Shown: positions 45,144 to 53,942 of the stretch, piece after piece
How the letters are laid out: every line of letters begins with the position of its first letter
Position numbering within the stretch: the stretch's first letter is position 1
Source: Acidimicrobiia bacterium
GTDB taxonomy: Bacteria; Actinomycetota; Acidimicrobiia; Spongiisociales; UBA5794
Direction of reading: 5' to 3'
Assembly (NCBI GenBank): GCA_041611095.1
Contig: JBFINP010000002.1
Location: 59,837-123,836 of the forward strand
Length of the DNA stretch: 64,000 bases
Made by a program: the position numbers and the translations under genes
Notes under the pieces: generated by a model
Database searches by the model: none
Told to the model about the DNA's origin: nothing
Seen by the model: only the letters and a program-made list of their open reading frames with translations

Positions 45144-47903
45144 ATGTCTGCTGCTCCGGCGGAAGCTCCTCCGATCTCGGTGGTGGTCGCGATCGTCGTC
45201 GACAACCTCGACGGGCTTCCGGCGACTCTGGCCGCGGTCCGTCGTCAAGTGTACGAGCCGGCGCGGGTGGTCATCGCCGGCGGCGATCGCGACGCGCGCC
45301 AAACGGCCGACGAAGCCGATGTCGAGTGGGTGCCGTCCGTGTCGGCCGCCCTCGGTGCACTCGAACCCACGACCACCCATGTGTGGGTGCTGCACTCGTC
45401 CGCCCAGCCACGAACTGATGCGCTGGGGTCTCTGGTCGTCGAAGCGGAAAGGGTGGAGGCGGGGATTGCCGGCAGCAAGCTGCTCGACGCCCGTGACCCG
45501 GAGCGACTCGTGTCCGTCGGCGTGGCAACCGACGTCTTCGACGCGCCCTACACCGGCCTCGACGAGGGCGAGATCGACGCGGGCCAGTACGACGTGGTTC
45601 GTGATGTGGCCGCCGTCGGCGGAGCTTCGCTGCTGATGAGGCGAGACCTCGCCAAGGGCCTGCGAGGTCCCGATCCGATGTTGCCGCCCGGTGCGGCGGC
45701 GATCGACTTGTGCCAGCGAGCACGTCTGCGCGGGGGGAGGATCGTCGTTGTTCCCTCGTCGGAGGTTCTGGTCGCACCCGACCCGGTCTCCGGCTGGAAG
45801 GAGGAGGCCGGCCAGATTCGCGCAATGATCAAGGTGTACAGCCCCATGACGCTCCTCTGGGCGCTGCCCTCGCGTCTCCTGCTCGGTCTCTTGGGAGCGA
45901 TCGTCGCACCCTTCCTGGGCCGGTGGACGCTATTTCGATGGGTGCGAGCCTGGGCTTGGAACCTGCTCCACATCGCCTCGACGCTGCGGCTACGCCGGCT
46001 CGCCCGCCACCACCGCGCCGTCGGCGACACAGAGCTGTTCCGATTCCAGCTTCGGGGCTCGGCCGATCTTCGCCAGCTCGTAGGGGAGGTCGGCGCCCGG
46101 CTCCGGGAGCGCCTGCCCGGCGACGACCGGCTGACGCTCGTCGAACTGGGTCGGGAGCTTCGCCAACCTGCGATCGTCGTCGGTGCGCTGGCGCTCGGCT
46201 TCGTCCTGGTGGCGTCGCGCACACTGTGGTCTGGGTTCCCATCGGTCGGTTACAGCCTGCCGCTGCCACCCTCCGGGCGCACCCTCGTCGGTGCCTATGC
46301 GGGCGGCTGGAACCCGGCAGGCTTCGGCAGCGTCGAGCCCCTCCAACCTTTCCTCGGTCTGGCAGGACTCGTGCAGGCGGTGTTCTTCGATCGCGGTGAC
46401 CTCGCCTCGGGCCTGCTCATCGCCGCGTCACTTCTCGCCGGGATATGGGGCATGACCCGGCTGCTCCGCACGTGGGGGGTCGAAGCGGTTCCGGGAATGG
46501 TCGCCGGGCTGGTTCTCATCGCAGGTCCTGCGACGCGCGGGATCGGGGAAGAGACGGGCATCGGCACGATTGTTGCGGTGGGAGTGCTCCCGTGGGCTAT
46601 GAGGGTCGCTCTGGCGAGATGGCCGCACACGTGGAGAGCCCGGCTGGGCAGATTCGCCGCAATCGTGTGGGTGTCGGCGCTTCTCGGTGCCGCCTCACCG
46701 CTGCTGTTGCTCGCGCCGCCCGCTGCGTTGTTGATCCTGGCGCTCATCACGCCGGCCGAGTCGGCACAATGGCGATCGTTCGGACTCAGCCTCGGCGGCT
46801 CGGTCCTGGCTGCCGCCATGCTCGCTCCATGGATCACGAACACCGACCTGCTCCGTTACGTTCGCTCCGGTGCGGCGTTCTGGGAACCCGGGCTGCTCCT
46901 GGCGGTGGCAACCGGAATCGCGCTGGTCGTCGCCCTGGTCACCGCCCCGAAGCGTCTCGCTCAGATCGCCGGCTGGGGCGGCGTGCTCGCCACCGGTGGC
47001 GTCCTGGTCGCCCGCACCGCCGACTTGGGCGCCGGGCGCGAGGTCCAACTCGCCGGCATGGCGCTGGCGGCGTTGGGTAGCGCCGTCGTCGTCGGCGCAA
47101 CGCTCGATGTCGTCCGCCACATGTCCAAGGTCGCCGGGTGGCGGCGCTTCCTGAGCGGCATCGGTGTCATCGCCGCCGGGGCAGTGGCCGTGAGCGTCGT
47201 GCTGGTGCTCCTCCCGGGGCGAGCGGCGCTGCCGTCCGACGAGTTGGGACGCGCCATGCGGTTCACTGCCGCCGCCACCGACGACCCCGCATCGTCCCGC
47301 GTCCTTCTCGTGGGTTCTGCAGATGAACTCCCCGGCGACTCGCGCACCGTCCGGGGTGCCGGCTACCGCGTCGTGTCGGCACCCGAGCCGGCGCTGTGGG
47401 AGGCATGGCTACCTACACCTCGGCCCGCCGACGATGCGCTCGAGGGTGCGCTGGACGTGTTGATCGCAGGTGACTCCTTTCGAGCCGGCGAGCTCCTCTC
47501 CGAGTTCGGCATCCGCTGGGTGATCTTTGTCGGCGACAGCCCCCTGCGAGCCGTGCTGGATGGTCAGCTCGACCTGGTGCCCTTGGAGGGACTGGCAGCT
47601 GTGACGTTCGTGTCCGAAGCCGAGAACCCGGTTCGTGCCGTTGCGTCGACCGGCCGGCCATGGCGACGGACGGGCACCGGATACGAGGGCGAGCCCGACG
47701 CAGACGCCACGGTGTTCGTCGCCGAGGCCGCCAACTCTCGCTGGCAGCCGGACTGGGTACAGGACGGCTGGGGGAGCCGCCTCTCGGCCGCAGAGGGCTC
47801 CGTCGGTTTCCGTCCCATCCGGAGCCGGCGCACCCAGGCGGCCACCGCCTTCGGCGCGTTCGTCGCGCTCGTTGCGCTCTCGTGGTGGGGTCGGCGCCGA
47901 TGA
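45144..47903 (+). CDS. GT2-family glycosyltransferase domain fused to a large (about 650 aa) polytopic membrane domain
   Basis: The ATG at 45144 gives PISVVVAIVVDNLDGLPATLAAVRRQVYEP (GT-A) with a DxD-like region, followed by many TM helices. 919 aa. Confidence 0.75.
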   Translation: MSAAPAEAPPISVVVAIVVDNLDGLPATLAAVRRQVYEPARVVIAGGDRDARQTADEADVEWVPSVSAALGALEPTTTHVWVLHSSAQPRTDALGSLVVEAERVEAGIAGSKLLDARDPERLVSVGVATDVFDAPYTGLDEGEIDAGQYDVVRDVAAVGGASLLMRRDLAKGLRGPDPMLPPGAAAIDLCQRARLRGGRIVVVPSSEVLVAPDPVSGWKEEAGQIRAMIKVYSPMTLLWALPSRLLLGLLGAIVAPFLGRWTLFRWVRAWAWNLLHIASTLRLRRLARHHRAVGDTELFRFQLRGSADLRQLVGEVGARLRERLPGDDRLTLVELGRELRQPAIVVGALALGFVLVASRTLWSGFPSVGYSLPLPPSGRTLVGAYAGGWNPAGFGSVEPLQPFLGLAGLVQAVFFDRGDLASGLLIAASLLAGIWGMTRLLRTWGVEAVPGMVAGLVLIAGPATRGIGEETGIGTIVAVGVLPWAMRVALARWPHTWRARLGRFAAIVWVSALLGAASPLLLLAPPAALLILALITPAESAQWRSFGLSLGGSVLAAAMLAPWITNTDLLRYVRSGAAFWEPGLLLAVATGIALVVALVTAPKRLAQIAGWGGVLATGGVLVARTADLGAGREVQLAGMALAALGSAVVVGATLDVVRHMSKVAGWRRFLSGIGVIAAGAVAVSVVLVLLPGRAALPSDELGRAMRFTAAATDDPASSRVLLVGSADELPGDSRTVRGAGYRVVSAPEPALWEAWLPTPRPADDALEGALDVLIAGDSFRAGELLSEFGIRWVIFVGDSPLRAVLDGQLDLVPLEGLAAVTFVSEAENPVRAVASTGRPWRRTGTGYEGEPDADATVFVAEAANSRWQPDWVQDGWGSRLSAAEGSVGFRPIRSRRTQAATAFGAFVALVALSWWGRRR

Positions 47904-49285
47904 GGAGGGCCATCTTGCTCGTGGCGGCCGCCGCCCTGTCGGCGGGTGCGGTGCTCATGCCGGCGCCACCGCAACCACCGCCACCCGACTTCGAGGGCGC
48001 GGCGCTCGCCGGTGATTCGGCGGAGAGCGCGGGCAGCGTCTGGTATTGCCCGTGGATGAACGCGGGCGCCCTACGCGACTCGTACGTGATGCTCGCCGCC
48101 GAGGCCGAGGTCGAGGTGGGGATCACGCTTCCGAACCCGATTCCCAACGAAGCCCCCGATCGTGCGTTCGTGACCATGGGCGAGCAGACCGCGGACTTCG
48201 TCGAGGTCGCGTCGATCGTTCGCCGCGGCGATGCGCCCGGGTTCGTCGAGTTCGACGACGGGCCCGCAGCCGTGGCGGCGATCCTCACCTCTGACACCGT
48301 CGTCGCCGGTGACCGATGTACCGCTTCCGTCCCGAAGCTGTGGCACCTCGCCGGTGGCACGACCCGGCCCGATCGCACCACCATCCTCCGGCTGTTCAAT
48401 CCCTTCCCGGAGCCGGCCAAGGTCACGGTGAGCGGATCGTCGGAGTTCGGCGAGATCGGGCTCGCGGGCTTCACGTCGGTCGACGTGGCCGGTCGATCCT
48501 GGAGCGACTTCACGCTGAACGAGTCGGTGCCTCTGCTCGACGACCTGAGCCTGACGGTGAGCAGCGAGGAAGGGCTGGTGATCCCGACGCTCGTCGTGGT
48601 CAGTGAGCTCGACGAGGCCACCTGGCCCGGCACCGGTCTCTCGACGACATGGGAGTTCCCCGTCGTGCGCCAGACCGGTCTCGTGCCGAGCCTCATCCTC
48701 TCCAACCCGGGCGACGTGGACGCCGAGATCGAGTTGGATGTATACACCGAGGAAGGCGGCACGACGGCGGCGCGGACGGCGACGGTCGAGGCGCACCGCC
48801 CGCTGCGTCTCAGCGTCGGCGACCTGGCCGACCGGTTCTTCGCGGTCAGAGTCCGCTCCACGGAGCCGATCGCCGCGGTGGTCGTCTCCGAGGACGTCGT
48901 CGAGGAGGTCGCCGAAGAGGACGAGGGCGGTGAGGCGGCGACCGCCCCGACCACCTCGCGTATCGCGGGCACCATCGGAGCCGCATCTCCCGCCGTGCGC
49001 TGGCTTCTGCCGGGCCCGGGGGTCGTTCCCACGGCCTCGTCGGCGCTGTGGCTGCTCAACACGTCGACCGATCAGGTCAGCGTCACCGTGCAGCCGCTCA
49101 GCGGCACGGAGTTCCAACCCGACAAGATCGTCCTGGAGGCGGAGACGGTCAGCCGCGTGGTCCTGCCACAAGGAGGCGAGATCGCCGGGTACCTGATCGC
49201 CGCCCCTCAGCCCATCTCGGCGGCGTGGAGCGTCGAGAGCAGCGACGGTGCGGCCTTCGTCGCCGGCATCGCGGTCGATGAGTGA
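47900..49285 (+). CDS. Secreted / membrane-anchored protein of unknown function (signal peptide; resembles actinobacterial proteins that follow GT2-membrane fusions, DUF5719-like)
   Basis: MRRAILLVAAAALSAGAVLMPA signal sequence. An acidic stretch EEVAEEDEGGEAAT. The ATG overlaps the upstream stop. Confidence 0.55.
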   Translation: MRRAILLVAAAALSAGAVLMPAPPQPPPPDFEGAALAGDSAESAGSVWYCPWMNAGALRDSYVMLAAEAEVEVGITLPNPIPNEAPDRAFVTMGEQTADFVEVASIVRRGDAPGFVEFDDGPAAVAAILTSDTVVAGDRCTASVPKLWHLAGGTTRPDRTTILRLFNPFPEPAKVTVSGSSEFGEIGLAGFTSVDVAGRSWSDFTLNESVPLLDDLSLTVSSEEGLVIPTLVVVSELDEATWPGTGLSTTWEFPVVRQTGLVPSLILSNPGDVDAEIELDVYTEEGGTTAARTATVEAHRPLRLSVGDLADRFFAVRVRSTEPIAAVVVSEDVVEEVAEEDEGGEAATAPTTSRIAGTIGAASPAVRWLLPGPGVVPTASSALWLLNTSTDQVSVTVQPLSGTEFQPDKIVLEAETVSRVVLPQGGEIAGYLIAAPQPISAAWSVESSDGAAFVAGIAVDE

Positions 49286-49667
49286 CCAGCTCGATCAGAT
49301 ACTTCTCGTCGCCGGCAGCGCTGGCGCAGTCGTAGCCGTCGCCATCGCCACCCGGCGCTGGCAGCGCCCCACCCACGACCGCGTGGACGTGCACGGGCTC
49401 GGGCTCCCCTCGGGGATCGTCATCTTCACGTCGACCGAGTGTGCCAGATGCAAGGACGCCCTTGCCGTCGTGCGCCGAACGGGGGTCCCGATGCGCGAGG
49501 TCACGTGGGAGCTCGAGCCCCAGATCATCGAGCGAGCCGGCGTCACCGCCGTCCCGCTCACCGTGGTGATCGACGAGACCGGAAGCGTTCTGGATCAGGT
49601 AGTCGGCGTGCCCCGAATGAGGCGTCTGAGGCGGGCGATCGCCAAGCTCGGCGGGGCGGCGGCCTGA
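49278..49667 (+). CDS. Thioredoxin/glutaredoxin-like protein with N-terminal TM anchor and a CxxC (CARC) motif
   Basis: ILLVAGSAGAVVAVAIA (TM) followed by IVIFTSTECARCKDA. The ATG overlaps the upstream stop. Confidence 0.6.
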   Translation: MSDQLDQILLVAGSAGAVVAVAIATRRWQRPTHDRVDVHGLGLPSGIVIFTSTECARCKDALAVVRRTGVPMREVTWELEPQIIERAGVTAVPLTVVIDETGSVLDQVVGVPRMRRLRRAIAKLGGAAA

Positions 49668-49739
49668 TCGACCGGCGGCACCCATGGCGGCACGGTGACG
49701 ATCCTTGATCAACGGACGAGCTGCGCCTACCTTGCGCCC

Positions 49740-49964
49740 ATGACGTCTTGCACCAAATGCTCGGACCCGGCACAGGTGGTCATGAGCTTCGCCTATGCCT
49801 TGCGCACCGTGTGGCTGCGCGATCTCGACGGATCACACGACCGATTCACCGAGACCCCGCTGTGCGAGATGCACGCGGAGCGCCTCGTCGTGCCCATGGG
49901 CTGGGTGATGGTGGATGACCGAAACGTGGAACCGCCGCTCTTCCTGGCCACCAGCGTGGCCTGA
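49740..49964 (+). CDS. DUF3499-family small protein (the family of M. tuberculosis Rv3258c)
   Basis: CTKCSDPAQVVMSFAY...TPLCEMHAERLVVPMGWVMVD fits the C..C...A..TLT.Y...PLC..HA.RL..P.GW pattern of DUF3499. The family name is recalled from memory. Confidence 0.55.
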   Translation: MTSCTKCSDPAQVVMSFAYALRTVWLRDLDGSHDRFTETPLCEMHAERLVVPMGWVMVDDRNVEPPLFLATSVA

Positions 49965-49971
49965 GGTCGCC

Positions 49972-50268
49972 GTGCCGATCGACCGCGATGTGCTCGAAGC
50001 CGTCCGGGAGATGGACGAGCACGAGCTCCGCCGGTTGTTCATCCTCGCCCAGGCCAGGTTGGAGCATCACGGTGTCCACGTCGGGGAGCCCGGCGGGACC
50101 AAGGTGACCTTGCGGCAGCAGGAGGTGCGGTGCGGCAAGCAGACGTGCACGCGCTGTCCGCACGGCCCATATTGGTATGCGTACTGGTGGGAGGACGGGA
50201 AGCGGCGTTCCCGCTACATCGGGAAGCTCGAAGACGTCCCCGAAGCCGCCGAGCGCATCCCCGGCTGA
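49972..50268 (+). CDS. Small hypothetical protein with a Cys3-His zinc-ribbon-like motif (CGKQTCTRCPHGPYWYAYWW)
   Basis: A GTG start 8 nt after the DUF3499 stop. 98 aa. No family assignment possible by eye. Confidence 0.45.
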   Translation: MPIDRDVLEAVREMDEHELRRLFILAQARLEHHGVHVGEPGGTKVTLRQQEVRCGKQTCTRCPHGPYWYAYWWEDGKRRSRYIGKLEDVPEAAERIPG

Positions 50269-50360
50269 GCTGGCTCCGACCGCCCGAACGGCGTACCGTC
50301 GTCGCCATCGGGCGGTGGAACCATGACGGCGTACGGCCCGTTCGCAACTAGCCTCCTCGC

Positions 50361-52595
50361 GTGGCTACAACGTTGACGCGACCCGACGCGCCGGCACCCG
50401 CCGGGCCGCCGCCGGCGCCTGTGCGCGCTACGAACCGCGGCGAGAAGCTGCTCGTGCTCGCGGCGCTCGCCCTCCCGACGTTGCTGATCGCAACGGTCAT
50501 GTCGGGAACGGTCGAGTTCGTGAGGGCCGTGCCCACTTTCCCGTTCGTCGAGATCTCGATCGATACCCCGGCGCTGTTCCTGGCCAACACCCCGACCGGG
50601 GGCGACATGGGCGCCCACGTCTACCTCCCCCAGTACCTCAAGGACACGCTGCTCCCGGACGGCCGGATCCTCGGCTGGAGCAACGATTGGTATGCGGGAT
50701 TCCCCGTCCTGTACTTCTACTTCCCGCTTCCGGCGCTGTTCACCGTTCTCCTCGACGTGGCGCTGCCGTACGGCGTGGCCTTCAAGCTCACGACCATCGT
50801 CGGCCTGCTTGGATTCCCGGCTGCGCTCTACTTCTTCATCCGCTCCCTCGGCTTCGCCCGCCTGGTGTCGGCGCTCGCGGCCTCGTTCGCATCGAGCTAC
50901 GTCTTCATGGAGAGCTTCAGCATCTTCGGCGGCAACATCAAGTCGACACTTGCGGGCGAGTTCTCGTTCAGCTGGTCGTTTGCGCTGTCGCTGGTCTATC
51001 TCGGGCTCGTCATACGCAACACGAGGGAGGGGAGACGCTTCTCTCCGCTCGCTGCGGTCGTGCTGGCTCTGGCGGCGCTGACCCACATCATCACGACGAT
51101 CGTGGTGGTCGTCGCGTCGCTCCCATTGCTGTTCCGGCGCACCGGCGCCAAGACGTTGATCGGCACGTGGGGGCTCGGGTTCGCCATCGCCGCCTTCTGG
51201 GCGCTCCCGCTCGGTGTCAGGGTCTTTCAGGGGATGACATCTGATATGAACTGGGCGCCGGTGCGAGGCCTCCTGGGAGACGGCTCGTCACCCGGGACCG
51301 TGGCCACGCCGCTCCCCAACGAGTTCATCCCGATTCTCGCACTCGGGATCATCGGGCTGGTGTGGACCATGCTTCGACGCGACGACGTGTCGGTGCTCAT
51401 CGCGATGACGACGTTGCCTCTGGTCGGCTATTGGCTGCTCCAGCTCGAAGGCGCCGAGCTCACCAAGGTCTACAACGCCAGGCTCCTGCCGTACTGGTAC
51501 CTCGGCGTGTACGTCTTCGCCGGCATCGCCGTGGGGCTGTTCGTTCGTACGCTGGCTCGCTACCTGCCGGGGAGGAGCACCGCCGTTGCGTTCAGCGCGG
51601 CAGTGGCACTGATCGTCGTGGCGAACGTCACGCTGGCCGGGATCCACGACGTCCCGGGCTGGGTCCGCTGGAACTACACCGGCTACGAGGGCAAGGGCGT
51701 GTACGCCGAGTACGCCGGCCTCATGGAGGCGGTCGACGAGCTACCGCCGGGGAGGATCATGTGGGAGGCCAACAGTGACATGGGGCGCTACGGGACGCCG
51801 ATGGCGTTGATGTTGCTGCCCTATTGGTCGGAGGGGCACCCTTCGATGGAGGGTCTGTTCTTCGAGTCCTCGCTCACCACGCCCTTTCATTTTCTCAACG
51901 CAGCCGAGGTGAGCCGGCGACCGTCCAACCCCGTTCGCGGCCTCGACTACCACACGCTGGACTTCGATCGTGGCGTAGCTCACTTGCAGCTGTACAACGT
52001 CGACTACTACCTCGCCTGGACGGAGGAGGCGGTCACCCTCGCCGACGCCGAAGGACTCGAGAAGCTCGGCCGTGCCGAGCCATGGACGATCTACAGGCTG
52101 CCCGAGTCGAGCCCCATCGACGTTGCTCCCTTCGTGCCGGCGGTGTACGACGGCGAGCTGCCGTTCCTCGACGCCGCGCTCGAGTGGTACGACGACATCG
52201 ACAATCTCGACAAGTGGCTCGTCGCCGACGGCCCAGGTGAGTGGCCACGGGTTGATGCCGTCGACGACCGTCTCGTCCTGGATGCCCGCTACGACACGAC
52301 CGGCGCCGAGGTCACCGACGTCCAGATGGACGACCACCGGATCAGCTTCACCACGTCAGCCGTGGGTGTCCCCCACCTCGTGAAGGTGTCATACTTCCCC
52401 AATTGGACGGCTCAGGGAGCCGAGGGGCCGTATCGAGCCGCTCCTTCGCTCATGGTGGTGGTACCGACGCAGGAGGACGTCGTCTTGGAGTTCGTCAATC
52501 GAGCCCCTGAGAACCTGGGTCTCGCCCTCACCAGTGCCAGCGTGCTGGGACTGGCCGGGTGGGGCGTGCTGCGTTTGCGGAGGCGCCGTTCGTGA
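50361..52595 (+). CDS. Large integral membrane protein: N-terminal 10+ TM helices plus a C-terminal soluble domain; GT-C-like (PTPS-related/DUF2298-type) putative polyprenyl-phosphate-sugar-dependent glycosyltransferase
   Basis: 744 aa. The hydrophobic N-terminal 450 aa include an early periplasmic loop with conserved acidic/aromatic residues (DMGAHVYLPQY, WSNDWYAGFP). Directly followed by GtrA and a Dpm1-like GT2. Confidence 0.6.
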   Translation: MATTLTRPDAPAPAGPPPAPVRATNRGEKLLVLAALALPTLLIATVMSGTVEFVRAVPTFPFVEISIDTPALFLANTPTGGDMGAHVYLPQYLKDTLLPDGRILGWSNDWYAGFPVLYFYFPLPALFTVLLDVALPYGVAFKLTTIVGLLGFPAALYFFIRSLGFARLVSALAASFASSYVFMESFSIFGGNIKSTLAGEFSFSWSFALSLVYLGLVIRNTREGRRFSPLAAVVLALAALTHIITTIVVVVASLPLLFRRTGAKTLIGTWGLGFAIAAFWALPLGVRVFQGMTSDMNWAPVRGLLGDGSSPGTVATPLPNEFIPILALGIIGLVWTMLRRDDVSVLIAMTTLPLVGYWLLQLEGAELTKVYNARLLPYWYLGVYVFAGIAVGLFVRTLARYLPGRSTAVAFSAAVALIVVANVTLAGIHDVPGWVRWNYTGYEGKGVYAEYAGLMEAVDELPPGRIMWEANSDMGRYGTPMALMLLPYWSEGHPSMEGLFFESSLTTPFHFLNAAEVSRRPSNPVRGLDYHTLDFDRGVAHLQLYNVDYYLAWTEEAVTLADAEGLEKLGRAEPWTIYRLPESSPIDVAPFVPAVYDGELPFLDAALEWYDDIDNLDKWLVADGPGEWPRVDAVDDRLVLDARYDTTGAEVTDVQMDDHRISFTTSAVGVPHLVKVSYFPNWTAQGAEGPYRAAPSLMVVVPTQEDVVLEFVNRAPENLGLALTSASVLGLAGWGVLRLRRRRS

Positions 52596-53065
52596 AGAAC
52601 TACCTGCGCTCCTTCACCACGCGCGATGCCGGCTCTCAGATGGCGCGGCTCGCCATCATCGGCGTGGTGAACACCGCCAACTACTTCCTCTTGTTCAACA
52701 TCCTCCGTCCGATGGGCGTCTCGCTCTTCTGGTCGGTCACGATCGCATTCGCCGCTGCGACGCTCGGATCGTACGTGCTCAACCGGCGCTGGACCTTCGG
52801 CCTCAGCGAGAACGCGGGTTCCATGCGTGAGACGGTCGAGTTCTATGCGGTGAACCTGGTCGCGTGGGGCGTCACCATCCTCATCGTCACCGGCGCCGAC
52901 CGGTTGTTCGGTCCCTTGGGAACCATCGGCGAGAACGTGGCCTCGGTCGTCGCCGCCGTGATCATCCTCGTTCCCAAGTTTGCGTCATATCGGGACGTCG
53001 TGTTCCGCCGGGCGTTGCAGCAAGAGCGCACCCCGGCGAACGCCGCCCACACTGAGACCGAGTGA
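52592..53065 (+). CDS. GtrA-family membrane protein (polyprenyl-phosphate-sugar flippase-like)
   Basis: LAIIGVVNTANYFLLFNIL...FYAVNLVAWGVTILIV is the four-TM GtrA pattern. The GTG overlaps the upstream stop (ATG at 52640 is the alternative). Confidence 0.7.
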   Translation: MKNYLRSFTTRDAGSQMARLAIIGVVNTANYFLLFNILRPMGVSLFWSVTIAFAAATLGSYVLNRRWTFGLSENAGSMRETVEFYAVNLVAWGVTILIVTGADRLFGPLGTIGENVASVVAAVIILVPKFASYRDVVFRRALQQERTPANAAHTETE

Positions 53066-53098
53066 CGTCCGCAGCGGGCTCATGACCTCAGGGGTGTC

Positions 53099-53800
53099 TC
53101 AGGGGAGGTTTCCCCGCATCCGCCACACCCCGCGCAGCGTGCGGGGGACGCGCTTGATGAGCCGCGACCTGCTGGTGCGCAATTCCTCGACGACGACGGG
53201 CACCTCGACGATCCGATAGCCGGCACGCTCGGCCCGTATCACCAGCTCGGTGTCGAACAGGTCCTGGGTCGCCACGACTTGCCGTGCGACGTCATCGATG
53301 ACCTTGCGCCGGATTGCCTTCATGCCGTGGGTGTCGGATACTCCCGAGGCCAGAACCGACCGCAGGATGATGTTGAAGCCCCACGTGGCCAGCTTGCGCA
53401 GCAGGGTGCGGCGATCGTCGGATCCGGGGGCGCGCTTGGAGCCGAGTACGAGATCGGCGTCGTCTCGAGCGATCGCCGCCGTCAGGAACTCGCCTGAGAA
53501 GTAGTCGATGTCGAAGTTGACGACCCAATCTCCGGTCGCGGCCAGGAAGCCGGCTCGCATCGCCGCCCCGTAGTCCGCATCTGGAAGTTCGAGCACGGCG
53601 AGCTGCGGATAACGCTCGGCGAGACCACGGATCACGGCAGCCGAGCCGTCGGTCGAGCCGTTCTCCGCCACGAGCACGGTCACGTCGGCGGGGACCGCCC
53701 GCAACTCGGTGAAGAGGCGATCGATGGCGGCAGGTAGGTAGTCGGCCTCGTTGTGCACGGGGATGACGACCGAGACCGACGGGCGATGGCTCGGGGTCAT
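53099..53800 (-). CDS. GT2 polyprenyl-phosphate sugar synthase (Dpm1/Ppm1/GtrB-like)
   Basis: VSVVIPVHNEADYLPAAIDRL...VLVAENGSTDGS...DADY are the Dpm1-like GT-A motifs. 234 aa with a start at 53800. The upstream 110 codons of the listed ORF are excluded. Confidence 0.8.
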   Translation of the reverse strand: MTPSHRPSVSVVIPVHNEADYLPAAIDRLFTELRAVPADVTVLVAENGSTDGSAAVIRGLAERYPQLAVLELPDADYGAAMRAGFLAATGDWVVNFDIDYFSGEFLTAAIARDDADLVLGSKRAPGSDDRRTLLRKLATWGFNIILRSVLASGVSDTHGMKAIRRKVIDDVARQVVATQDLFDTELVIRAERAGYRIVEVPVVVEELRTSRSRLIKRVPRTLRGVWRMRGNLP

Positions 53801-53942
53801 GGCGGCGGCATTGTAGGTAGAGGTCACGGCTCGCTTCACACGCCTGACTCCCTCGGCACGGCTTTCCCTCGCCGATCTTCCCCGAATGCGGATCATGCTC
53901 ACCACGAGGGCTGCGGAGCGTCTGGGATAGACTGCGCGTTCG

